64,000 nt of DNA from Lachnospiraceae bacterium (GTDB lineage: Bacteria > Bacillota > Clostridia > Lachnospirales > Lachnospiraceae), in the NCBI GenBank assembly GCA_017399445.1, contig JAFQCM010000035.1:3593-67592 (forward strand), given 5' to 3'. The translations under genes were made by a program, and so were the position numbers. Below, one piece after another: positions 10,057 through 20,231 of the stretch; the first letter of the stretch is position 1, and every line of letters starts with the position of its first letter. A model generated the notes under the pieces. The model ran no database searches. It was not told the DNA's origin and was given only the letters and a program-made list of their open reading frames with translations.

Positions 10057-10825
10057 AATTGAAAATGCATTTAAAAACGGAAAAGCTTTTATACCTTTTA
10101 TTACAGGTGGAGATCCTGACTTAGAAACCACTGAAAAATTAATTTATGCAATGGATAGAGCCGGAGCGGATTTGATTGAAATTGGAGTACCTTTTTCTGA
10201 TCCGATTGCAGAAGGGCCAGTAATTCAGGAAGCAAATGAAAGAGCATTGGCAAATGGATGTACTACCGATAAATTATTTGATACCATTGCAAAAGCAAGA
10301 AAAAACACAGAGATTCCAATCGTGTATTTAACCTATATTAATCCGATTTATGCATATGGAAAAGAAAAATTTATGAAGCGTTGTAAAGAATGTGGAGTAG
10401 ATGGATTGATTATTCCAGATTTACCATATGAAGAAAAAGGAGAATTTTCTGATGTATGTAAAGAATATGGAGTTGATATGATTTCCTTAATTGCTCCAAC
10501 TTCTCATGAGAGAATCAGTATGATTGCCAGAGAATCAGAAGGCTTTGTATATTGTGTTTCTTCTTTGGGAGTTACTGGCATTCGAAATGAAATTAAAACA
10601 GACGTGGCTGAAATGATTCAATTGGTTAAAAAAGAAACAGATGTACCATGTGCGGTAGGTTTTGGTATTTCAGAAGAAGAACAGGCAGAAAATATGGCAA
10701 CTGTAGCAGATGGAGTAATTGTAGGAAGTGCTATTGTAAAAATTATTGCAGAACATGGAAAAGATAGTGAGCAGGCAATATTTGATTATGTTAAGAAAAT
10801 GAAGGAAGCAGTATTAAAAGCATGA
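10049..10825 (+). CDS. trpA: Tryptophan synthase alpha chain
   Basis: 258 aa. Motifs [17 protein letters not shown] and GFGIS. 8-nt overlap with trpB. Confidence 0.96.
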   Translation: MSRIENAFKNGKAFIPFITGGDPDLETTEKLIYAMDRAGADLIEIGVPFSDPIAEGPVIQEANERALANGCTTDKLFDTIAKARKNTEIPIVYLTYINPIYAYGKEKFMKRCKECGVDGLIIPDLPYEEKGEFSDVCKEYGVDMISLIAPTSHERISMIARESEGFVYCVSSLGVTGIRNEIKTDVAEMIQLVKKETDVPCAVGFGISEEEQAENMATVADGVIVGSAIVKIIAEHGKDSEQAIFDYVKKMKEAVLKA

Positions 10826-10924
10826 TAACAGGAAACGCATTCTACTTGACATTATGTAAAAATATTGTAATATAATAGTAACAGTAAAAATGCAATTATT
10901 ATGGGTGTGCAAAGGAGTTTGCGA

Positions 10925-13324
10925 ATGAAAAACAAATACTTAAAAAAACTATTAGTAACGGGTGTAATAACCATGGCATGTGTATCATTAAATGCCTGTG
11001 GTGGTGCTCAAGAAACAGAAAATGAAGAAATTGTTACAAAACAGGAAACGGTTACAACAAAAGATACTCCGGAAGAAAACAGTCAGATTTCAGAAAAAAG
11101 GGAAAGTGAAACCAAGAAGCAGGAGGAAGCCACAGTTTCCAGTGTGGTTTATAACACAGAAAAAAAAGCAGTGGTTGCTGTAATGACTGGAAAAGCAGAA
11201 GAGGGTCTGGAAGGTGCCTTTAAAATTGTAGATGGAAATGGTGAAGAAATAAAAATAAGCAATGTAATACAGGCAGCTTCCAGATATACCATGGAATTAG
11301 AATCACCATTAGATACTAGCAAATCTTATGCTCTGTCTTATCAAGGCAAGTTGATTAATGTAAAGATGCCTAAACCATATTCTACAGCAGAGTTTGAAGA
11401 AAAGTACACATATGATGGTAATGATTTAGGCGCAACGTGGTCACAGGACAAAACCACTTTTAAAGTCTGGGCACCTACAGCAGAAAAAGTTGTGGTTAAT
11501 CTGTATGCATCTGGTGACGAAACAAAACAGGATACACTAGAAACAGTAGAAATGACTTTGGGAGAAAATGGTGTCTGGAGTGCAGAAAAAGAAGGAGATT
11601 TGAACGGAACTTATTATACTTATTCTGTTATTATTAACCATGAAATCATGGAAGCAGGAGACCCTTATGCAAAAACTACTGGGGTAAATGGAAAACGGGC
11701 TATGGTAATTAATCTGGATGAAACGGATCCGGAAGGATGGGCAAAAGATAAGAATCCAAATGCTAAGATGAATATTACTGATGCAGTAATATATGAAACT
11801 CATTTGAGAGATTTGTCTGCAGATGAAAGTTCAGGTGTTAAAAATAAAGGAAAATTTCTTTCATTAACAGAAACTGAAACAAAAACATCTGCTGGAAATC
11901 CAACAGGATTGGATTACTTGAGGGATTTAGGAATTACCCATTTACATATTCTGCCTATGTATGATTTTGGGTCTGTAGATGAAACAAAATTAGATACAGA
12001 GCAGTATAACTGGGGTTATGATCCTGTGAATTATAATGTGCCAGAAGGTTCATATTCTACAAATCCACAAAATGGGTCAGTTCGTGTAAAGGAAGCCAAA
12101 GAAATGGTAAAATCTCTTCATGATAATGGAATCAGTGTAATTATGGATGTGGTATATAATCATGTGTATGATTCCCAGACTTTTAGTTATAATATTTTAG
12201 TGCCGGAATATTTTTCCAGAATCAATGACTATGGAGAATATGCCAATGGTTCTGGTTGCGGAAACGATAATGCAACAGAACGAAATATGGTAAAAAAATA
12301 TATTGTAGATTCTGTAAACTATTGGGTGGAGGAATATCACATTGACGGATTTCGCTTTGATTTGGTAGGGCTGATTGATACAGAAACCATGAATGAAGTG
12401 ATTGAAACGGTTCATAAAAAGCATCCGGATGTTATCTTTTATGGTGAAGGCTGGTCTATGGATACTTCGTTGACAAAAACCGGTCATACACTGACTACAC
12501 AGGACAACATTGAACAGGTATCAGAGCTTGCGTTATTTAATGATTACTTTAGAGATAATGTAAGAGGTGCCAATGGAAATGCATCTGATGGAGGTTATGT
12601 ATCAGGAGCTTCCGGAAAAAGCACAGCAATGGAAAATATTGTATCAGGAAGTCCATCCTGGGCACAGAATCCAACTCAGGTAATTAACTATAATGCCTGC
12701 CATGATAATAATACATTATTTGATAAGTTATCTATTTCTAATGGACTTGAAAACTTTGATGATAATGTGAAGAGAAATAAATTATCCGCAGCAGTGATGT
12801 TTACTTCTCAGGGAACACCTTTTATGATGTCAGGAGAAGAAATTCTTCGTACCAAAACAAAAGAAGATGCTATGCTAGATGGCAAAACAAAGGACGAAGA
12901 TAGTTTTGATAGTAATAGTTACAAATCTGGTGACCTTGTAAATTCCATAAAATGGGATACATTGTCAGAAATATCATACAAAAATGTATATGAATATTAT
13001 AGAGGTTTGATTGCTTTTAGAAAAGCTCATGGCGGACTTCGTATGACAAGCAGTAAGGATGTAGAAAAACATCTTACTATGGCAGAAGAAACACCAGAAA
13101 ATGTAGTGGCATTTAGTATCAGTGGAAGTTATAAAGCAGAAAAGTCCAAAGGTATTTATGTAATTTATAATTCTAATAAAGAAGTGAAAGAAGTAACTCT
13201 TCCGGCAGGAGAATGGTCTGTTTATGTAAACGGAGAAAAAGCAGGCACAGAAGTAATTGAAAAAGTAAAAGATAAAGTAACGGTAGAAGGAATTTCTGCC
13301 ATGATTTTAGTAAAAGAAAAATAG
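10925..13324 (+). CDS. Type I pullulanase (GH13 with CBM48), lipoprotein
   Basis: Lipobox LNAC-GG after a K-rich n-region. Motifs FKVWAPTA, YNWGYDP, DGFRFDL, YGEGW, ACHDN. Start placed at ATG 10925 (AAAGGAG 7 nt upstream) rather than track ATG 10901. Confidence 0.9.
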   Translation: MKNKYLKKLLVTGVITMACVSLNACGGAQETENEEIVTKQETVTTKDTPEENSQISEKRESETKKQEEATVSSVVYNTEKKAVVAVMTGKAEEGLEGAFKIVDGNGEEIKISNVIQAASRYTMELESPLDTSKSYALSYQGKLINVKMPKPYSTAEFEEKYTYDGNDLGATWSQDKTTFKVWAPTAEKVVVNLYASGDETKQDTLETVEMTLGENGVWSAEKEGDLNGTYYTYSVIINHEIMEAGDPYAKTTGVNGKRAMVINLDETDPEGWAKDKNPNAKMNITDAVIYETHLRDLSADESSGVKNKGKFLSLTETETKTSAGNPTGLDYLRDLGITHLHILPMYDFGSVDETKLDTEQYNWGYDPVNYNVPEGSYSTNPQNGSVRVKEAKEMVKSLHDNGISVIMDVVYNHVYDSQTFSYNILVPEYFSRINDYGEYANGSGCGNDNATERNMVKKYIVDSVNYWVEEYHIDGFRFDLVGLIDTETMNEVIETVHKKHPDVIFYGEGWSMDTSLTKTGHTLTTQDNIEQVSELALFNDYFRDNVRGANGNASDGGYVSGASGKSTAMENIVSGSPSWAQNPTQVINYNACHDNNTLFDKLSISNGLENFDDNVKRNKLSAAVMFTSQGTPFMMSGEEILRTKTKEDAMLDGKTKDEDSFDSNSYKSGDLVNSIKWDTLSEISYKNVYEYYRGLIAFRKAHGGLRMTSSKDVEKHLTMAEETPENVVAFSISGSYKAEKSKGIYVIYNSNKEVKEVTLPAGEWSVYVNGEKAGTEVIEKVKDKVTVEGISAMILVKEK

Positions 13325-13342
13325 AAAATGGAGGAAATACCC

Positions 13343-13780
13343 ATGCAGATGGAAACATTACAAAAAGATATGATTGCAGCAATGAAAGCAAAGGATAAAG
13401 TAAGAAAAGATGCTATTTCTACTTTGGTTTCAGCGGTGAAAAAGGTAGCAATTGATGAAGGATGTCGCGATGACATTAAAGAAGAATTAGTAGACAGAGT
13501 GATTTTAAAGGAAATTAAAACGGTAAAAGAACAAATTGATACTTGTCCGGAAGGAAGGGAAGATTTAAAAGCAGAATATCAAGCAAGATATGATGTGTTT
13601 AGTGAATATGCTCCAAAGATGATGTCAGAAGAAGAAGTAAAAGCTTACATCACAGAAAAATTTGCAGAAGTAGTTGCAACAAAAAACAAAGGTCAGATTA
13701 TGAAGGCAGTTATGGCAGAATTAAAAGGAAAAGCAGATGGTAAAGTAATTAACCAGGTAGTAGCAAGTCTTTGTGAATAA
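13343..13780 (+). CDS. yqeY: GatB/YqeY domain-containing protein
   Basis: N-terminus MQMETLQKDMIAAMKAKDKVRKDAISTL typical of YqeY. GGAGG 9 nt before ATG 13343; track start 13328 lacks an SD. Confidence 0.85.
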   Translation: MQMETLQKDMIAAMKAKDKVRKDAISTLVSAVKKVAIDEGCRDDIKEELVDRVILKEIKTVKEQIDTCPEGREDLKAEYQARYDVFSEYAPKMMSEEEVKAYITEKFAEVVATKNKGQIMKAVMAELKGKADGKVINQVVASLCE

Positions 13781-13782
13781 TC

Positions 13783-13826
13783 AAAAATGGGAGAGAACTG
13801 GCATTAAGCCAGTTCCTCCCATTTTT
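13783..13826. terminator. Bidirectional hairpin between convergent yqeY and ABC-F
   Basis: AATGGGAG(A)GAACTGGC ... GCCAGTTCCTCCCATT, flanked by an A-run and a T-run. The right arm lies inside the last ABC-F codons. Confidence 0.6.
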
Positions 13827-15717
13827 CATAAAGAACTTCCAGTTTTTCGGAAATGTCTTCTTTTTCTTTTTGTAATTCCATACACTTACTCACATCAGTG
13901 CATATTTCAGGAGAAGCCATAAGCTCATCAAGTTCTGTAATCCGTTCTTCCAAAGAAGCAATTTCGTCTTCTACTTTCTTTAATTCATTTTCACGTTTTC
14001 GTTGTTTTGCCTGTTCTTCCTTTTGTTGTTTCCAATCCATTTTTCCGGCAGAATCAACGGAATTAGAAGAAGTAACAGCAGAATTATTATCCGTTATAGT
14101 AGCTTTAGAAAGCAAATCCTTTTTCTCCAAATAATAATCATAATTTCCAATATAATTTATCAGTTGTTTATTATTTAAATCAATAATTCTAGTAGCAGTT
14201 TTGTTAATAAAGTAACGGTCATGGGATACATAAAGTACAGTACCAGAGTAAGAATTTAAGGCATTTTCCAAGATTTCTTTTGAATCAATATCCAAGTGAT
14301 TGGTAGGTTCGTCCAAAATTAAAAAGTTTGCTTCGCTTAGCATTAATTTAGCCAAAGAAACACGTCCTCGTTCACCACCGCTTAACTCACTGATTAATTT
14401 AAACACATCATCTCCGGTAAATAGAAAAGCAGCTAGTACATTTCTGATTCTAGTATTATTTAAATGAGGATAATCATCTGATATTTCTTCAAAAATAGTT
14501 TTTTCTGGATGCAACACATGGTGTTCCTGATCGTAATAACCAATATGTACATTGGCACCTGTTTTTAAAGTTCCGCTGTCTGCCTCTAAAAGTCCTGTAA
14601 TGATTTTTAAAATCGTGGTTTTTCCAGTACCATTATTTCCAATGAGAGCAACCCGTTCTCCACGCTTGATTTCAAAAGAAATACTCTGAAACAGAGTAAG
14701 GGTTGGAAAGCTTTTGGAAAGTCCGGAAACAGAAAGTACATCATTTCCACTAATACAATCCGGTTCTAACATAAGCTTCATCTGAGTATTCACTTCTGTT
14801 GGTTTATCTACAACTTCCATTTTGTTTAACAGCTTTTCACGACTTTCTGCACGTTTAATGGACTTTTCTCTGTTAAATGAACGAAGTTTTGCAATAACAT
14901 CTTCCTGGTGTTTGATTTCTCGTTGTTGGTTTACATAGGCATTGTAAGCCGCTTCTCTAAGCATGGCCTTTTTCTCAGCATAATCCGTATAATTTCCACT
15001 AAAAGTAGTAACTTTTCCTTGATCTACCTCAATGATTTTTGTGACAATTTTATCCAAAAAATAACGATCATGAGCAACTACTACTACAGCGCCATCATAA
15101 TTTAACAAAAATGTTTCCAACCATGCAATGGATTCCATGTCTAAATGGTTTGTAGGTTCGTCCAAAAGGAGAATGTCCGGTTTCGTAAGCAGTAACTTAC
15201 CAAGAGAAACTCTGGTTTTCTGTCCACCAGATAAAGTATTTACAGGACGGGTATAGTCATCTTCGTTAAATCCGAGGCCTTTTAACACACCGGTTAATTC
15301 ACTTTTGTAAGCATAACCATTAGCAGATTCAAAGTCATGATTTAACTTGGTATAAGTATTTAAAAGAGCTTCTAATTCTGCGTCTTTGGTATGTTTCATA
15401 TTTTCTTCCAGTTTTCGAATCTGTTGCTCCAGACTCAAAATATCCTGTTTTACAGTAAGTAGTTCATCATATATTGTCCGGTCACTGTTTAAATCCTGAT
15501 GCTGCGCTAGATAACCAATGGTTTTCCCTTTGGCAGGAATCACCTGTCCATAATCTGGAGCCAGTTGACCCATAATAATCTTCAATAGGGTGGATTTTCC
15601 GGCACCATTAATCCCTACAATGGCTGCTTTTTCACGTTCTTCTATAATGAAAGAAGCATTTTGGAGTAATTCATAATCTCCAAATGCTTTTGTTATGTTT
15701 TGACAAGAAAGTATCAT
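13804..15717 (-). CDS. ABC-F family ATPase (two ABC domains plus C-terminal coiled coil; Uup/YdiF-like)
   Basis: Two Walker A sites (GINGAGKST, GNNGTGKTT) and two LSGG signatures. Inter-domain linker and K/E-rich C-terminal coil. Start re-called to ATG 15717 (GGAGGAAAACA upstream). The track extension to 15894 adds non-homologous residues. Confidence 0.9.
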   Translation of the reverse strand: MILSCQNITKAFGDYELLQNASFIIEEREKAAIVGINGAGKSTLLKIIMGQLAPDYGQVIPAKGKTIGYLAQHQDLNSDRTIYDELLTVKQDILSLEQQIRKLEENMKHTKDAELEALLNTYTKLNHDFESANGYAYKSELTGVLKGLGFNEDDYTRPVNTLSGGQKTRVSLGKLLLTKPDILLLDEPTNHLDMESIAWLETFLLNYDGAVVVVAHDRYFLDKIVTKIIEVDQGKVTTFSGNYTDYAEKKAMLREAAYNAYVNQQREIKHQEDVIAKLRSFNREKSIKRAESREKLLNKMEVVDKPTEVNTQMKLMLEPDCISGNDVLSVSGLSKSFPTLTLFQSISFEIKRGERVALIGNNGTGKTTILKIITGLLEADSGTLKTGANVHIGYYDQEHHVLHPEKTIFEEISDDYPHLNNTRIRNVLAAFLFTGDDVFKLISELSGGERGRVSLAKLMLSEANFLILDEPTNHLDIDSKEILENALNSYSGTVLYVSHDRYFINKTATRIIDLNNKQLINYIGNYDYYLEKKDLLSKATITDNNSAVTSSNSVDSAGKMDWKQQKEEQAKQRKRENELKKVEDEIASLEERITELDELMASPEICTDVSKCMELQKEKEDISEKLEVLYEKWEELA

Positions 15718-15887
15718 TGTTTTCCTCCATGGTACATTTATAAATTGCACATTTTCGCCTGCATATAAATATACCCTAAATGGACAAAAAACACAATCTA
15801 AAATTTCTATTATTATAGATAAGTTTGCAGGATTGAAGAGCCGGATGTCCATACCAACATTTTTCTTTTTATTCCCACCAGGAAGGA

Positions 15888-15916
15888 TTGACATTATTTT
15901 AACATTTCAGTATAAT
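15888..15916 (+). promoter_or_regulatory. Consensus sigma-A promoter for rex
   Basis: TTGACA (15888-15893), 17 nt, TATAAT (15911-15916). Confidence 0.75.
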
Positions 15917-15964
15917 TATTAATAGAGTGAAAAAATTTTAGACGGAAATGTAAGGGAGGCAACC

Positions 15965-16615
15965 ATGGTGGGTGAAAAAGCAATCTCGAAGGCTGTAATT
16001 AAAAGGCTTCCAAGATATTACAGGTATTTGAGTGAATTAATGGACAGCGGAGTGGAGAGGATTTCATCTGGTGAATTAAGTGGCAGAATGCATGTGACTG
16101 CATCCCAGATTCGACAGGATTTAAATAATTTTGGTGGTTTTGGCCAGCAGGGATACGGATATAATGTACAGTACCTTTATGAAGAAATTGGAAAGATACT
16201 AGGATTGGACAAAAGACATAACATGATTATCATTGGGGCAGGAAACCTTGGGCAGGCACTTGCTAATTATGAAAATTTTGAAGCAAGAGGATTTGTTACG
16301 AAAGCTATATTTGATAAAAATCCAGAGCTTAGTGGAAAGAAAGTCAGAGATATCCAAGTATACAAAATGGAAGAGTTGGAAGGTTTTCTCGCCAATAATG
16401 AGATAGAAATTGCAGCACTTGCCATACCAAAAACAGGTGCTATTGTAGTAGCACAAAGATTGGTGAATTGTGGTATTAAGGCAATTTGGAATTTTGCGCA
16501 TACCGATTTGAATTTGCCAAAGGATGTTATGGTAGAAAATGTACATTTGTCAGAAAGTCTTATGAGATTATCTTATAACATTAACCGGCACGAAATGGAA
16601 CAAAGTGTGAAATAG
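15965..16615 (+). CDS. rex: Redox-sensing transcriptional repressor Rex
   Basis: 216 aa. Motif RLPRYYRYL...ISS.ELS...VTASQIRQDLN.FG, followed by Rossmann GAGNLGQAL. Confidence 0.95.
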   Translation: MVGEKAISKAVIKRLPRYYRYLSELMDSGVERISSGELSGRMHVTASQIRQDLNNFGGFGQQGYGYNVQYLYEEIGKILGLDKRHNMIIIGAGNLGQALANYENFEARGFVTKAIFDKNPELSGKKVRDIQVYKMEELEGFLANNEIEIAALAIPKTGAIVVAQRLVNCGIKAIWNFAHTDLNLPKDVMVENVHLSESLMRLSYNINRHEMEQSVK

Positions 16616-16641
16616 AGGGGAAGTTACTGGGGGCATGACAT

Positions 16642-17283
16642 ATGAAAAAAGAAGAAAGAGAAAAATACACCCGGGTATTGAAAAATAAAAAGATAGCAGT
16701 GCTTACATTGGATAACAAATGGCATAAGCTTTTTCCACAGGGGAATAAACCAAAAGAAATTCAACAGTTAGAAGAAGAAGTAAATGAATGTGTAAAGCGG
16801 GAAGCAACCCTGAGAGCGGATATTAAGGATTTAAGAAAATTAAAGAGAAAGCTGATGGATGGAATTGTTTCCAGTATGGAGGATACTTCTAATCATAAAA
16901 AAACTAAAAAGATGGAAGAAAGCCAGCGATTGATTTTGGAAATCAATGAGAAATTGGAAAATTACGAAGCGGAATTGCAGGAACTTCCGGGAAAAACAAA
17001 GGATGTAAATACAGCACTTATGTTGGCAAGTATGGATTTTTGTTATAATCAGATGCATAAAAATAGTGAGGAAATAAAAGAAATAGGAGAATGGATTAGA
17101 AAAGTCAGAATTGAACTTAAGAAAAATGTTTTAAGAAAACAAGAAAAAGAAATTCGAAATAAGATGATGTATTCCTATATGCATGACATTTTTGGACCGG
17201 AAGTTATTGAATTGTTTGATTTGGATATTAGTGATATAGAAAAAAACGAGAATGAAAAAAAAATTGAAAAAAGTACAGAGTAA
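16642..17283 (+). CDS. Hypothetical coiled-coil protein, K/E-rich, no recognised domain
   Basis: 213-aa ORF with coding-like composition, tightly packed after rex, followed by a strong terminator. Confidence 0.6.
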   Translation: MKKEEREKYTRVLKNKKIAVLTLDNKWHKLFPQGNKPKEIQQLEEEVNECVKREATLRADIKDLRKLKRKLMDGIVSSMEDTSNHKKTKKMEESQRLILEINEKLENYEAELQELPGKTKDVNTALMLASMDFCYNQMHKNSEEIKEIGEWIRKVRIELKKNVLRKQEKEIRNKMMYSYMHDIFGPEVIELFDLDISDIEKNENEKKIEKSTE

Positions 17284-17305
17284 GCAGAAAATGCTCATAA
17301 GAAAG

Positions 17306-17336
17306 AACGTGTGGATCTTCTGCCACACGTTTTTTG
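17306..17336 (+). terminator. Rho-independent terminator
   Basis: AACGTGTGG-atcttctg-CCACACGTT followed by TTTTT. Confidence 0.8.
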
Positions 17337-17392
17337 GCATTTACCAGAAAACAGAAGGTTAAAAAAGTGGTAAACAAAGGTGAGTGGTGATT

Positions 17393-18901
17393 ATGAGGGA
17401 AATTTTAGGAAGTTCTGATATGAAAGAATGCGACCAGTATACCATAGGAAAAATAGGGATTCCATCTTTAGTTTTAATGGAACGGGCGGCACTTTCTGTA
17501 GTGGAAGAAATTGAAAAAGATTATAACAATATAGATATTTCAGCCATTATTTTTGCGGGAATTGGGAATAATGGCGGTGATGGAATTGCTATTGGAAGAA
17601 TCCTTTGGGAAAAGGGCATGAAAGTGAAAGTGGTAGTAATCGGTAATATGGAAAAGTGCTCTAAGGAAACAAAAAGTCAGCTGGAAATTGCGGAAAAATT
17701 AGGATTGCAGATAGAAAAGAATAGCGATTATAAAAAAGGTGAATATAATGTAGTGGTGGATGCTTTGTTTGGAATTGGTATATCTAGAACTGTGGAAGGA
17801 GTATTTGGGCAGGCAATTGAAGCAATAAATAGTCTGAAACAGAAAGCAAGAGTTTATGCAGTAGATATTCCTTCTGGTATACATACAGATACAGGAGAAA
17901 AAATGGGTGTGGCAGTTCTGGCAGATAAAACCATTACATTTCAATATGAAAAATCCGGTCTGTATTTACAGGACGGACGGAAACACGCTGGGGAAGTAAT
18001 TGTAAAAGATATAGGGATATCGAAACAGTTTTTAAAAGAAAAAATGAGAGAACCTTATATTTTTATGTACGAAAGAAGGGATTTGGAAAAAATACCAAAA
18101 AGAAATGATAGTGGAAACAAGGGAACCTTTGGAAGAGTTTTGATTATTGCAGGTTCTAAAAATATGGCAGGTGCAGCCTTTTTTTCAGCAGATGCTGCCT
18201 ATCGAACTGGTTGTGGTCTAGTAGAGGTGTTTACACCAGAAGAGAACAGGATTATTATTCAGGAGAAAATTCCAGAAGCGGTATTAACTACCTATGATAA
18301 AAAGGATTTTCTAAAAAAAATGGTAAGAAAATCTATGGAAAAAGCCGATGTAATAATTATGGGCCCTGGACTGGGTACTTCAAAACAGGCAGAGGAACTG
18401 GTGGAATATGTTATAAAAGAATCAGAGAAGCCTTGTGTGGTAGATGCAGATGCCCTTAATATATTAGCAGAGCATTTGGATTGGCTAGAACAAAAAAAGG
18501 CGGAATGCATTTTGACACCTCACTTGAAAGAATTATCCAGGTTGTGTAAAAAGGAAGTGAATCTTTTGAAAAAGGACTGCATGACTGTTACATTAGCGTT
18601 TTCCGAGAAGTATGATTGTGTGGTAGTTGCAAAAGATGCAAGGACAATAACAGTAGAAAAGAAAAAACAAAAATGTTGTATAAATGTATCTGGATGTAAT
18701 GGAATGGCAACTGCAGGCAGTGGTGATGTGTTAACAGGAATCATTGGCGGGCTTTTGGCTCAAAAAATGAGAAGTTATGAGGCAGCATCTATGGGAGTCT
18801 ATGTTCATGGTCTGGCAGGAGAAATGGCAGAAAAAGACTTAGGCAATTATAGTATGAAAGCAAGTGACATTATTAACAATATACACAAAATTATAAATTA
18901 A
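17393..18901 (+). CDS. nnr: Bifunctional NAD(P)H-hydrate repair enzyme Nnr (epimerase plus ADP-dependent dehydratase)
   Basis: N-terminal YjeF_N (GNNGGDG), C-terminal carbohydrate-kinase fold (GPGLG, GSGDVLTG). ATG 17393 preferred over track GTG 17384. Confidence 0.9.
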   Translation: MREILGSSDMKECDQYTIGKIGIPSLVLMERAALSVVEEIEKDYNNIDISAIIFAGIGNNGGDGIAIGRILWEKGMKVKVVVIGNMEKCSKETKSQLEIAEKLGLQIEKNSDYKKGEYNVVVDALFGIGISRTVEGVFGQAIEAINSLKQKARVYAVDIPSGIHTDTGEKMGVAVLADKTITFQYEKSGLYLQDGRKHAGEVIVKDIGISKQFLKEKMREPYIFMYERRDLEKIPKRNDSGNKGTFGRVLIIAGSKNMAGAAFFSADAAYRTGCGLVEVFTPEENRIIIQEKIPEAVLTTYDKKDFLKKMVRKSMEKADVIIMGPGLGTSKQAEELVEYVIKESEKPCVVDADALNILAEHLDWLEQKKAECILTPHLKELSRLCKKEVNLLKKDCMTVTLAFSEKYDCVVVAKDARTITVEKKKQKCCINVSGCNGMATAGSGDVLTGIIGGLLAQKMRSYEAASMGVYVHGLAGEMAEKDLGNYSMKASDIINNIHKIIN

Positions 18902-18914
18902 GGAAGTGCAGAAT

Positions 18915-20105
18915 ATGGAAAAGTATAAAAGAGTATGTGCAAGGGTAGATTTAAATGCGTTGCGGTTTAATATGGATTCCATTAAGAAGAACATAAAAGA
19001 TGGAACCTCTATTATGGCAGTAATAAAGGCAGATGGTTATGGACATGGAGCTATTGCTATAGCAAAAGAGATGGAAAAAGACAGTAGAATCTGGGGTTAT
19101 GCAGTGGCAACGGCGGAAGAAGCAGATATTTTAAAACAGGCAGGAATGAAGAAGCCGATATTGGTGCTTGGGGCCGTATTTCCTTATGCTTATCCAATGA
19201 TGCTTAATGAGAATATCCGTATGACAGTATTTTCTTATGAAATGGCAAAGGACATTTCTTATGAAGCTTTGAAAATGCAAAAGGAAGCTTTAATACATAT
19301 TAAATTGGATACAGGAATGGGGAGAATTGGTTTTCCAGATACTAACGAATCATTCCGGGAAATTCAGAAAATTGCAGCCCTTCCAAATATTAAAATTGAA
19401 GGTATCTATACACATTTTGCTAAGGCGGATTTTAAGGATAAAACTTCTGCCACTTCACAGCTTATGAAATACAAAGAATTTGTAAGAACCATAGAAAGAG
19501 CAGGAATTGAATTGACAGTAAGACATTGCTCTAACAGTGCAGCTATTATGGATATGCCAGAAGCAAATATGGATATGGTAAGGGCAGGAATTATATTGTA
19601 TGGACTTATGCCATCTGATGAAGTGATGAAAGAAAGGGTTCCATTAAAGCCTGTGCTGACATTAAGAAGTCATGTGGTTCATGTGAAAAAAGTGGCACCA
19701 ATGACAGGAATCAGTTATGGTCATACTTACGTAACTCAGGAAGAAAAAGTGATTGCTACTGTGCCGATTGGCTATGGGGATGGATATCCAAGAACTTTAT
19801 CTAATAAAGGTGAAGTGCTGATCAATGGAAAACGTGCGAAAATTTGTGGTAGAGTATGTATGGATCAGATGATGATAGATGTTACAGATATTCCGGATGT
19901 AAATGTGGGAGACTTGGTTACTTTAATAGGAACAGATGGTAATGAAACAATTACCGCAGAAGAATTGGGAGAACTGTCTGGAAGATTTAATTATGAGTTG
20001 GTATGTGATATTGGAAAACGAGTTCCAAGATTGTATATGGAAAATGGTAAGGAAGTTGCCTGTAAGGATTATTATATGGATACAGAGATTAACTGGCTCA
20101 AATAA
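18915..20105 (+). CDS. alr: Alanine racemase
   Basis: PLP site AVIKADGYGHG, plus SYG and GYGDGYPR motifs. ATG 18915 preferred over track GTG 18906. Confidence 0.95.
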   Translation: MEKYKRVCARVDLNALRFNMDSIKKNIKDGTSIMAVIKADGYGHGAIAIAKEMEKDSRIWGYAVATAEEADILKQAGMKKPILVLGAVFPYAYPMMLNENIRMTVFSYEMAKDISYEALKMQKEALIHIKLDTGMGRIGFPDTNESFREIQKIAALPNIKIEGIYTHFAKADFKDKTSATSQLMKYKEFVRTIERAGIELTVRHCSNSAAIMDMPEANMDMVRAGIILYGLMPSDEVMKERVPLKPVLTLRSHVVHVKKVAPMTGISYGHTYVTQEEKVIATVPIGYGDGYPRTLSNKGEVLINGKRAKICGRVCMDQMMIDVTDIPDVNVGDLVTLIGTDGNETITAEELGELSGRFNYELVCDIGKRVPRLYMENGKEVACKDYYMDTEINWLK

Positions 20106-20231
20106 TGTCGAGAAAACACTAACTTTTTATGAATACACTTAAAGAATAACGGTAAAACTCATAGATAAGAAAAGCAAAGTAAATTTGTTTTGATTATATT
20201 ATGTTGAAAGTAGTTCGGAGAGTGGAAAAAA

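Noticed and set aside
13804-15894. Long N-terminal extensions proposed by the track (also 38958-39596, 39680-41038, 6317, 10901, 37759, 22894, 26107, 50815)
   Set aside because: In each case an internal ATG with a proper SD coincides with the N-terminus typical of the family. The extension also runs through promoter-like AT-rich sequence.
15917-15945. Rex operator (TTGTGAA-N-TTCACAA) for rex autoregulation
   Set aside because: Only one half-site-like GTGAA is present (AGAGTGAAAAAATTTTAGAC), with no matching TTCAC half. I found no convincing Rex box upstream of nfnAB either.
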